Positions 34,298 through 46,243 of a stretch of 64,000 nucleotides of DNA are shown piece by piece. The notes under the pieces are model-generated. The model was not told the origin of the DNA and searched no databases. It saw only the letters and a list, made by a program, of their open reading frames with translations. Numbering within the stretch: the stretch's first letter is position 1; each line of letters opens with the position of its first letter. A program made the position numbers and the translations under genes. This DNA is from Octopus vulgaris (Eukaryota), in assembly GCA_951406725.2 (NCBI GenBank), contig OX597814.1, positions 192,448,001-192,512,000 of the forward strand, in the 5' to 3' direction.

Positions 34298-37225
34298 TGC
34301 TTGAAATAAAACTTTTGCAGATGTACAAGGTTACCATAAGAGATCCATCTTCTTTGTCACAAGGAACAACCTACACAATGAAATAAAGATTACCAATATT
34401 ACAATATTTAAATACTGTTTAAGAATAGACACACACACATATCTATGTATACAGAGAGAGAGACAGACAGAGAGAGAGAGAGAGCAAGTTCCCCAATGAG
34501 TTTTTATAAGTTCAGGAAAAATCAAGCACTTGTATATTAGATGATAGAATGGGTACTCTCTCTCTCTCTTTTACTCTTTTACTTGTTTCAGTCATTTGAC
34601 TGCGGCCATGCTGGAGCACTGCCTTTAATCAAGCAACTCGACCCCGGGACTTATTATTTTGTAAGCCCAGTACTTATTCTATCAGCCTCTTTTGCTGAAC
34701 CGCTAAGTAACGGGGACGTAAACACACCAGCATCGGTTGTCAAGCAATGCTAGGGGGACAAACACAGACACACAAACACACACATATATATATATATATC
34801 ATCATCATCATCATCATCATTTAGCGTCCGCTTTCCATGCTAGCATGGGTTGGACGGGTCAACTGGGGTCTGTGAAGCTGGAAGGCTTCGTCAGGCCCAG
34901 TCAGATCTGGCAGTGTTTCTACGGCTGGATGCCCTTCCTAACGCCAACCACTCCGCGAGTGTAGTGGGTGTTTTTTACGTGCCACCTGCACAGGTGCCAG
35001 ACAGAGCTGGCGAACGGCCATGAACGGATGGTGCTTTTACGTGTCACCGGCACGGGGCCAGGCGATGCTGGCAACGGACACGAACGGATGGTGCTTTTAC
35101 GTGCCACCGACACGGGGCCAGACAGAGCTGGCAAACATATATATGACGGGCTTCTTTCAGTTTCCGTCTACCAAATCCACTCACAAGGCTTTGGTCGGCT
35201 CGAGGCTATAGTAGAAGACACTTGCCCAAGGTGCCACGCAGTGGGACTGAACCCTGAACCATGTGGTTGGTAAACAAGCTACTTACCACACAGCCACTAT
35301 CATAAATTTAATCTCGTAACAGCCAATTCATGTTACTGGATGGTTTCATGGTAAAGAACCCTCTGAGTGTAGAAAGGTAAACTAACAATATTCAAGCATG
35401 GCTGAATAGAAGAGTGTAGCTTCAGTTCTTTACTACTGGAGTCCTAAATAAGTGCTTTGTTTGTTCCTTCTCAAGCTACGCCTGGTTCATTAGGACCAGT
35501 TTCTTGGTTTCCTTGGTGTATAGGTTCCCCACTTGGATGGGATGCTGGTCTGTCACAGGTGAGCTGCAAGATGCAGAAGGAAAGAGTGAGAGAAAGTTAT
35601 GGCGAAAGAGTCAGCAGAAGTTCGCCATTACCTTCTACCAGAGCTGTGTGGAGCTTAGGTGTTTCGCTCATAAACACACATCACCCGGTCTGAGATTTGA
35701 ACCCACGATCCTTTGACCGTTTGTCCGTTGCTCTAACCACTAGGCCATGTGCCTCCACAAATAAGTGTTAGACTTAAAAAAAGATACTGGGGTCAATTTG
35801 TCCAAAACCCTTCAAAGAGGTATCCAAGCATGGCTGCAGTCCAACAACTGAACTAAAAGATAAAAGACATTCTAATTGCATACATATAACTATTCGGAGT
35901 TATCCAGGTGATTATTGCTAAGATAAACTAGGATAAATCTATCAGGAGTCTCACCTATGCTTTCTAAACTTCCCAAACAGAATACACAGTTAGTCTGTCA
36001 TTTATATTAGTGTTTCTTAGAGGAGGAGGGAAATGTAAAGAATGGAAATTGGACTAAGTGCCATGCTTATTAAGGTTAAAATCATTTAAAGCTTTTAAAA
36101 CTGAACAACACCATGAGGAAGAAAGAAAAATTCATCATCATTGTTTAACGTCCGTTTTCCATGCTAGCATGGGTTGGACGATTGACTGAGGGCTGGCGAA
36201 CCAGATGGCTACACCAGGCTTCAATCTTAATCTGGCAGAGTTTCTACAGCTGGATACCTTTCTTAATGCTAACCACTCCGAGTGTAGTGGGTGCTTTTAC
36301 ATGCCACCAGCACAGGGCCAGTCAGGCGGCACTGGCAACAACCTCACTTGAATCTTTTACACATGCCACCGGCACAGGTGCCAGTAAGGTGATGCTGGTA
36401 ACGATCACACTTTAATGGTGGCTTTTATGTGCCACTGGCACAGAAGCTGGTTAGCCTCTCTGTTAACAATCACACTCATATGGTGCTCTTTGCATCCCGC
36501 TAGCACGGATGCCAGTCATCGAATTTGATTTTGATTTCACTTGCCTCAACAGGTCTTCGCAATGGTATCTTTTACATGCCACCGACACGGAGGCCAGAGA
36601 GCCGCTCTGGCAACAATCACGCTTGGATGGTGCTCTTAATACCCTACTAGCACGGGGCTCATATAATGCAAATTCTATTTCATTTTAAAAGTAAATAAAG
36701 GGGTAGGGAACTCACTATTATTTTAAAGTTTGATATTGGTTAGTTTGAAAACCACTTCTTTGTAAGCATACCGACCATGTTTTCTATAATAAATTTGTTT
36801 CTTTGTATGAGATACACCCTCCCTTTTTTTTTTTTCAAGGGTTTGTCTTGATCTATCATAACTCCACTACTACAGACATGTAATTAAAATGTTGCATGAA
36901 AAGGTCGCAAGAAAGATTCTTCAAGCTGAGTCAAATGGTTGAAGACCAAGGGTAGTCCAAGAGTGGAGATGCTTGGATAATATCCATAGTCTCAGTTACT
37001 GAGGCTTGGGAATTCAACCAGAAAGTCTAATAGCAGTTGCTTCCGATAGGACTATATGGAGGAAGTGCCCGAGGAGTGTACCCCACGAGAATCCCAGAAA
37101 CAAAGGACAGAGAAAATGAACGGAAAGTTTGACTTATCGTGGCTTAAGTCAACATTTAAGTTAAGTTACCCTCGAACAACATTTGGGTAACGGTTGGCAT
37201 AGCTACAGACCAGTTGGCATAGCTA

Positions 37226-38631
37226 CACCGACTTTGTTACCTCATAACATCCAGAAAAATGGAGTCTTTCAATGAGTATTATTTAGTGAAAGTTTAAAGA
37301 AATACCTTTCAAACAGCATAAATTACCATTATAAAGAAATTTGTGGGGAAAATTTTTTCCAAAGGGGTGAGGAGAGGAGTTTCGGAAAACGGAGTTTCAG
37401 ATCAGGAAGACCACATAAATTCATTTTTTACTCCCCCTCCCCACCATCATCATCCCACTCCAGACCGATTTTGACCAACTTTTTTTGCTCTAAAAAAACC
37501 ATGGGATGAGCCTTTTCGATAAAAAAAAAAAAAGAATTGTAAATATTTTCAGAGGAAAAGATTCAAGGGAAATTTGGCTGTTGTTTCTAGCACATCCCAA
37601 GACAACCCTCCTCGTTTCTTTCTCACTCAAGCTTGTATTGATGTTTTTCAATATTTTTCTCCCCATAAGGCGGCGAGCTGGCAGAATCGTTAGCACGCCA
37701 GGCGAAATACTTAGCGGTAATTCGTTTGCCGTTACGTTCTGAGTTCAAATTCCGCCGAGGTCGACTTTGCCTTTCATCCTTTTGGGGTCGATTAAATAAG
37801 TACCGGTTACGCACTGGGGTCGATATAATCGACTTAATCCGTTTGTCTGTCCTTGTTTGTTCCCTCTGTGTTTAGCCCCTTGTGGGTAGTAAAGAAATAA
37901 GTAATTCGTGTCTTTACGTTCTGAGTTCAAATTCCGCCGAGGTCGACTTTGCCTTTCACCCTTTCGGGGTTGAATAAATAAGTACCAGTTACGCACTGGG
38001 GTCGTTGTAATCGACTTAATCCCTTTGTCTTTCCCTTCTATGTTTAGCCCCACCACCACCTGCGGGCAATAAAGAAATTAATTAATATGAGGAAATTTTG
38101 AAAAACATCAATACAAGTGAGAGCGAAAACGAAGCGGGTGGTCTTGGGATGTGTTAGAAACAACAGCCAAATACCCCTTAAATCGCACACCCTTTACTCT
38201 GAAAATATTTATAATTTTTTTTTTCATAAAAAGATGCCTCCCATAATTTCGAAGGATGTGGTGAAAAATAAATTAGAAAAATCCCCGTCGAAACGGAGAA
38301 ATTCCAACTTATGTGGTCTTCTTGATCCAAAACTCAGTTTTCTGAAACTTCTCTCCCCAACCCCTCGGAAAAAAATTTTACCCACAAATTTCTTTATAAT
38401 CGTAATTTATACCGTTTGAAAGGTATTTCTATAAATTTTCATTAAAAGATACCAATTTTCCTGAAAGTTATGAGGGGAAAAGTTGGGAATTTTCCCGAAC
38501 TCCACCCCTCTGAAAATTCTTTGCCATAAATCCCTATATAACCTGAATCTACAGTATCTAAGCGGTATTTGTTGAAAATTTCGTTAAAAAGTATCCATTT
38601 TTCTGGAAACTATGAGGCAACAAAATCGGTG
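37226..38631. repeat. Long imperfect inverted repeat (foldback) with a SINE-A dimer at the centre
   Basis: Arms 37226-37665 and 38088-38631 are approximate reverse complements (e.g. caccgactttgttacctcata / tatgaggcaacaaaatcggtg). Confidence 0.85.
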
Positions 38632-39819
38632 GGGTACACATCTGTAGTTATGCCCTCATGACAACATCCAAGGCATTGAGAAAGTGATTGGATTACATGC
38701 TTTGATAGTGAGGGTGTACTAAGTCTGGTGGAAATGTTGATTCGACAGACTGCAGATGAAGTAGCAGGATATATTGAGTAATCCGTTAAGGCTCGTAAAG
38801 CGGTCGTTAACCCCATGAAGCAAGGGAGGTCGTTAACCCCATAAAACAAGGGACGTCAATAACCCCGTGAAACACGTGATAGAAAAACGGGTATTAAGGC
38901 TTAAGTTCTCAGTCGCAATACAGAGATAATTAAAAGAAGAATGTTAACTATTAAACATAATTAAAAAATACATTCTATTTCAAATTAAGAAGTACTTCTT
39001 TGTTTAATGCTGAATAAAGAATTAGTATTAAATAATACTTTATCTTTTCTTAAGGGTTTATAAATGCTTTAATAGCGCAGTGTTATATAATCGTTTTGTA
39101 AAAATAATTGGCGAAAGTATGGGAACTGAGCAGTTTATTTTATTAATTCATATTTTTCCAGTCGGAGCTATTTCAGTTCATTTAAATCGCAAATGATTTC
39201 AAGAAAGGGTATTTTGCTGTCGTTAAATCGAAATACTCCACTCTTCCTTAAAAAAACATAAACAAATTATATAATCGTTCTTAGAACTTCAATTCCGTTT
39301 TGTACCATCAGACAAAAATATTTCATTTATTCTCGTGAAGATGAAACATGACGTTTGTTTACCCCAAAAAAACCAGCTAGTTGCAATTAATATAATTAGA
39401 TGCTGTGTAAGATAACTTTTCTCTTTATTTATGTTGCAATATTCTTTATATTTGTCGTTTAAGGAAATCATTTTGGAAGTTTAACGACTTTATAATCTCT
39501 CGGTCACATACATTAGTTTGCGCAAAATTGTCGAAGCAATACCCGTCTCGGTTGTTAACGATCAGGACATTGCATCAATCAGAAATTCCATGCTTTCCGA
39601 AATTCACAAATGCTATTCGTAACATTCTTGTGTGCCCTTTCGTCTTAATGACTCTTTCGTCTTTTGGTATTATTCAGCGTACTACACATTTAGGATCTTT
39701 TCGGTTTACCGAAAAGACCCCACATTTACTTTAGATCATTCACAAGACTTTTAATGTTGCTTTCTTCTTGTTATCGTTTACCCATGTATTGTAGTGCACC
39801 TTACACTGTGTACAATAAA

Positions 39820-39865
<46 letters not shown>

Positions 39866-42579
39866 TGTTTGACTTTTGCTTTACATTTGCACAAGCTGAC
39901 TCCAAGTCTCACCCAAAGACCTCAAAAGACAAGTTGGAAGTTCGTGTTGGTATTATGCCTAGGGTGCCATATATTTGGTTTTGTACTTAGTGTTGTGCTA
40001 GTGAATGCCTAAAAAACCATACGAAAATTATGTTATTAAGAGGAAAGGGCACACACAAGAATGTTACGAATACCATTTGAGAATTTCAGAAATTATTATT
40101 ATTATTATTTGATGTAGAGTGACAGAGAAGAATGTCTGAAATAACACGGTTCGAATAAGATTACACTCGCCTGATAATTTTTGGTTGAATTAATAGTAAA
40201 GAACACAGCCCAATGACGTTGAATAATTCTAAATAACAGACGTTAGTATAAGCAGTGGAAAATAATGAAGCCTTGAGAAAGATATGAAGACATTATATAA
40301 ATTAAGGAGCGATTGTTAGTCAAGAACAAAAGGTGTTCGAAAGGAGAGATACCTGTTGTTGACCCTCACAACGGCTGACCTCGGAGTTATCTCCCTTCAG
40401 TAGGAAGTCTTAATAATTTACTGAATTCGTTGAGTTACACTTTAATGCTACACTAAAGCTGAACGTGTTAACAGCATCTAATAACAGGCAACCGGTTGGA
40501 GAAAGATGGGTTCTGTTAAGCTTATGTCTTTTGGCATACATCTCGAAGAGAAATCCTTCCGGTACCGATCCAGGAAAAATTATGGAATGTTTTTATTTCA
40601 GGGGTATAAATGGTCAAGTCTTGTGTTTCTCGTGGTGGTTTGAAATGTGGAGGGACGAAATTGCCATGCTTAATAGGAAAAGCCTATTTTAGATTTTCAA
40701 CTCCATAATGAAGACTGAAGAATTATAAGGATACACACTCCATTTTATTTTATAATTAATAAAGAGGTAGAAGAGGCGATCGGTGGAGGGGAGAAGCAAA
40801 ACAAACAACAACAACAAAAAAATGAAGGGATGAAAGGAAGAAATTCACTCATGTTTCTGCTAAGGGGACCTGGTTTTGTCACTTTGAGAATCCCTGGATG
40901 AGTGAATAGACAGCAGGAAAGTGTCTAAGTTATGGACCATGAGCTATCGTTAAAGTATAGGCAATAATTTCTGAAAAAATGGTCCTAGTCATATGGTTGT
41001 AATTAGATTCTGCAGAGTCAGCATTAACCAGCAGCAGCAGCCTAATAAAATGGATTGATGAGTATCTCATTAGCTTACAGATTATATTTCAAATATTTCA
41101 AATGAAGAACAGCGTTTCCTTAAGCTGTCTTCAGTAGTGGTCCTACAACACAAGAGTTATAGAATTTTCAACTCTAAAATGTGTGTCTTTTTTTTCTTCT
41201 CTTTTACATGGATGAAGATATTATATGACTGTGGCCATGCTTTATAGTCGAGCTAATCAACCCCAGAGATTTATTCTCTGTAAGCCTAGTACTTATTCTA
41301 TCTGTCTCTTTTGACGAACTGCTAAGTTACAGGGACATAAACACACCAGCATCGGTTGTCAAGCGATACTGGGGGGGGGGACAAACATATACACACACAA
41401 ACATATACACATACATACACATATATATATATATATATATATACATACATATATATTTATACATATACGACGGGCTTCTTCCAGTTTCCGTCTACCAAAT
41501 CCACTCACAGGCTTTGGTCGGCCCAAGGCTATAGTAGAAGACACTTGCCTACGTGGTGGTGGTGGTGGTGGTGGTGGTGATGATGATTATGATTCCCTGT
41601 ATATGAACAACATGCAATTAAAACCCTCAAAGTCACTACAAATCTTCAGATGCATAATCTCTGATGATTATTCGCGGCAGTCTTATATAACACAACTAAA
41701 AACTACAATAATCCAAAAACTAGCTTTCTCTCTAAAGTCAGAAAATACTTCAGTTCTATTGCATTGTTGAAACTTAGCAAAGTAAAGATCCTTCGATGGA
41801 GCGTATACTGCATCCAGATACCAAAATGACAGATTTGCAATGAGTCGCTCTTTTACACACTACAACTTCTGGCTCTCAGAAATGCTGCCTATTCTTTGAT
41901 TACAAGTACAGTCTGTGCTTCTCTAAAATATCTAGTTATACTTGCAGGTATGATAATGTGGTCAAGAACCAAATTTTGAATCATTGCCAGTGCCACTGGA
42001 CTGGCTCCTGTGCAGGTGGCACATAAAAAGCACCATTTGAGCGTGGCTGTTGCCAGTACCGCCTGACTAGCTCTCATGCCAGTGGCACATAAAAGCACCC
42101 ACTACACTATCAGAGTGGTTGGCGTTAGGAAGGGCATCCAGCTGTAGAAACTTTGCCAGATCAGATTGGAGTCTGGTGCAGCCACCTGGTTCGCCAGACC
42201 TCACTCAAATCGTTCAACACATGCTAGCATGGAAAGCGGACATTAAACGGTGATGATGTGGTTTCAGGTTCAGTCTTACTGAGCAGCACCTTGAGCAAGT
42301 GTCTTCAACAAAAGTCCCAGGCTGACCAATACCTTGTGAGTGAATTTAGTAGACGGAAACTGTATGGAAGCCTGTTATGTGCGTGTGTGAGTGTGCGCAT
42401 GTATGTGTGCATGTATGTTTGTGTGTGCATGTATGTTTGTGTGTGTTTGTTCATCCCACCACCACTACCACCATGCACATACCACTTGACAACTGATGTT
42501 GGTTTATGTCCCCATAACATAGCATTTCAACTAAAGAGGCTGATTGAATAAGTACCAGACTTTAAGAACAAGAAGTACT

Positions 42580-43170
42580 GTGACCACACTTGGAATTTGC
42601 ATCAACAATCTGGAAACCGTATCTTTCTCAGGACATTGACCTCCTGGGAACTGTTCAGAGACGTGCAACCAAGTGAATACCCTCCATCAGGCATCTACTA
42701 TACACTGAACGCCTTGCTTCCCTGGGCATAGATACAATGAAGCTCTGATGTCTGGCAACTAACTTAGTAAACACCCACAAAATTATTAACCATTGCACCA
42801 AAAACCATCTTGAGCACCTTTTTTTAGCTCCATGTGTCTAACACACGTGGGCATGCCTACAAAGTTAGGAAACAGCACAGCTCCTATGGCTTTCGGAAAC
42901 ATTTTTTCACACTCAGAGTTGCTGAAGCATGGAACAAACTACCTACATCAGTTGTTAGTCGCCCAGACATTGCATCCTTTAAAATTTCCATGCTTCCTGA
43001 AATTCACCAACACTACACCTGATATCCCCTACCACCACCATATGCATGCACACAAGTATATCATGACACTTACACTGTTCACTTTCCTGACTTTTGTACA
43101 TAATTCTATGTACTATACCTTTGATGAATTGTAGTACACCTGAGCATTGTACACAATAATTATTATTATT
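42580..43170 (+). mobile_element. CR1/L2-group LINE 3' end (degraded)
   Basis: Same motifs and tail as 16210-16840. Further copies at about 39520-39830, 45955-46240 and 62440-62850. Confidence 0.82.
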
Positions 43171-43171
43171 A

Positions 43172-43538
43172 TCTCGATATATATAAACGGCAAAATGTCT
43201 GTGTGTGTGTGTGTCCTTTATACAAATCCACAATTTTTCAGTTAGAGGGTTGCACTTTCTATGGTCATTCAAAACCGTCCAAGGGCGGTCGTGCACATAT
43301 TTACATTTCCCCAGTCACCCTGCAAAGCCATTAAAAAATCAATAGAAGGGACTTTTTTGTGAATTTTCTATCCAAAACCCAATCAAAATGCCCGAAACTT
43401 GATACGCCAATTGAATGCCAGCTAGCTGTATGTGATTGGTCGGAGATTTGGACAGTACTCGCGTGTATGTGCGCACGCATGCAGCTGTATATGCATGCAT
43501 TAGCACTATGACCTGGCGTTGCCAGGTCATAGTGCTAG
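43172..43538 (+). mobile_element. Non-autonomous Helitron, 367 bp
   Basis: A|TC start, perfect 17-bp hairpin at 43501-43537, CTAG|T end. Confidence 0.85.
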
Positions 43539-45649
43539 TTGTTATTATTATTATTATTATTACTATTATTATTTTTATTTTTATTATTATTATTATCTGT
43601 TTGACTAGAACCCTTAAAGATGGTACCCCAGCATAACTGCAGTCCAATAGCAGAAACAAATAAAAAAAAAAAACATCCCTTCCACCTCCTCTGTTCTCTC
43701 TTTTCGTCAGTGTTACCATGTCCCACTCCTAGGGCTTGCACTCACTACTTAACTAAACTTTCTTGCAAGATATCACTTCTCTCTGGATTTTCCTTCCACC
43801 CACACATCAATTTCACCAATATCAGATACCCTGAGGTCAAATCACATAAACCAATGCACTCTAGTGAATTCTGTTAAAATATATGTAACAAGGGGGACAG
43901 TAGTAATAACAATGATAATAGATATTATTAGTTATTTCACCACAGTTCAGTTCTAGTCAAATGAACCTAAAATTAAAGGTCTCCAAACTGTGACCATCCC
44001 ATCCCATCTTTTTTTTTTTTTTTTTTTTGCAGGAATGATATCTCAAGGACCACATTATCCAATTTTACCTTTTTTTCAAAAACAGTAATACATGCTTTGA
44101 AGTAGATATAGCTGCTGTTTCTAGCAGGTGGAGTGAGTGACAAAGACACTCCTTCATTAATTTAATAGCAACACATAATAATGAGAGAAACAGAAATACT
44201 AAACCATAGCATTATGTAGAAACAATATTATAGCTCAATTTTCATTAAAGAAATTTAATTAAAGTAATTGATAAGCAAGCTGCAATAGATTAATACAAGT
44301 TTAGTACGTCACTTTTCAGTGTGGGAACAATAAGTTGTAATCTGATTTTTGTTATAGCTTTGTTTCATGGGTGAAATAAGTACTTTCTTAAATATTCCCA
44401 CACATCAAATAACCGTGTGATTTTAATGTCTGTTCTTTCTGTGTTTTCATTCTTTTACTCTTTTGCACTTTTATTCTTTTATTTGTTTCAGTCATTTGTC
44501 TGCGGCCATGCTTTTGATCTGTGAGGTGGGGGGAACAGACAGACAAACGCACACATGCATGCACATGTATAATCACACAGCCATGTCTGTTGAATAATTT
44601 GTTCATTGATCATCTTAACAGCTTCATCAGTTGATGCTCTTTTTAGTACAGTTGTTAAGAAAAACATTTTTTTTTAGTTTATTAACTGATAAAGTCAAAT
44701 TATTATTGTCGGTCAGAGACGTGTCTCTATATTGATCAGGCACAAAATCCCCTTGTAAAATCAGCTAAGCATTAGTCCTTGTTAAAGTAATCCTCCTCCA
44801 GGGTTGTTTCTTATTTAAATTTTGTAACGTTTCCACAAATGTGATGAATTCAAGTAGCTTCTGATTTAATCAGCTCTTGTCTCCTTGGGAATGGCTGTGA
44901 GTGTTGAAAGTCTCATGTGAAGACTACTGTTACTCCACCAAAAATGAAAATTTGTTCTGCCGATATCCCTAAGTTTGACCCAAAGTTTCATAAGGAACTT
45001 TGAACCATAATGCTCTCATCTGAAATTACCAAAGCGCTGCTTTAGCATTTCTGCAGCTCCTGTTTTGTTGCAATGTTACACCTGTACCATCAATACTAAC
45101 ATTCATTGATAGTTTCAATACACAATGAGTTGCTTTGCCTTTCAGCAATTGTATTTGTCATAGCACTTTTCCATGTTTCCTTACTTAAACCAGCAGTAAA
45201 GCTTAAGAAAGAGTTTTCTCATTCCCAGGTGCATCAGAAAGATTATTTCATCATTTCTATTCCAAATATAGTCAGTATTTATGTTGAAGGTTCTTTTTTT
45301 TATTTATTATTATCAAATATTTTAGGTCAGCCATACATTGAGCAAGAGAATTAGCCATTGGTGATCATAACAGAGTTCTCATTGAACTTCAGTTGGCAAT
45401 TGGTTCCATAAGACTGGTCGCTCTGAATCAAACCATATTTATGTAGTTCATCTACATTCATTACCAAAAAAAAAAAAAAAAACTTTGTCCTCCATAGTTT
45501 TGAGATCACTGTTGATTATGTCATAGATGAAATCAATGAAACCTCAGGATTATGTTACTCTGCCTGATGCTTATTAATCATTTGTTGGGTCTTCTATCTA
45601 TAATCATCAGATAAATTTTTCACAGATCACACTCTTGACTGTCCTTATA

Positions 45650-45953
45650 TCTCTATATATGTAAATGGCGAAATGTCTGTGTGTGTGTGTGTCCTTTATA
45701 CAAATCTACAATTTTTCAGTTAGAGGGCTTGCACTTTCTATGGTCATTCAAAACCGTCCAAGGGTGGTCGTGCACATCTTTACATTTCCCCTGTCACCCC
45801 GCAAAGCCATTAAAAAATCAAAAGAAGTGACTTTTTTGTGAATTTTCTATCCAAAACCCAATCAAAATGCCTGAAACTTGATACGCCAATTGAAAGCTTG
45901 CTAGCTGTATGTGATTGGTCAGATACTTGGACAGTACTCACGTGTATGTGTGC
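45650..45953 (+). mobile_element. 3'-truncated copy of the 43172 Helitron
   Basis: Highly similar to 43172-43480; lacks the hairpin and CTAG, and joins a CR1 3' end. Confidence 0.8.
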
Positions 45954-46211
45954 AACACCTTTTTGATCTCCATGTGTCTAACACACGTGGACATGCCTAC
46001 AAAGTCAGAAAACAATACAGCTCCCATGACTTTCGGAAACATTTTTTCACGCTCAGAGTTGCTGAAGCATGGAATAAACTGCCTGCGTCAGTTGTTGACT
46101 GCCATGACACTGCATCTTTTAAGGCCCTCATGCTTTCCGAAATCCGCCGAAACTATACCTGATTATATATACACTTTAGATGAGTTGTAGTGCACCTGAG
46201 CACTGTACACA

Positions 46212-46243
<32 letters not shown>

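Noticed and set aside
38801-38878. ~26-bp tandem x3 (gtcgttaaccccatgaagcaaggga)
   Set aside because: A short degenerate minisatellite with no further structure evident.
39595-40092. ~60-bp inverted repeat
   Set aside because: Explained by two oppositely oriented fragments of the same CR1 3' region.
41105-41140. CTGAAGA...GAAA on minus
   Set aside because: Stems I and II do not pair; a chance match.
41645-41860. About 70 open codons on minus with no start codon
   Set aside because: No recognisable homology or convincing splice sites; likely chance or UTR sequence.
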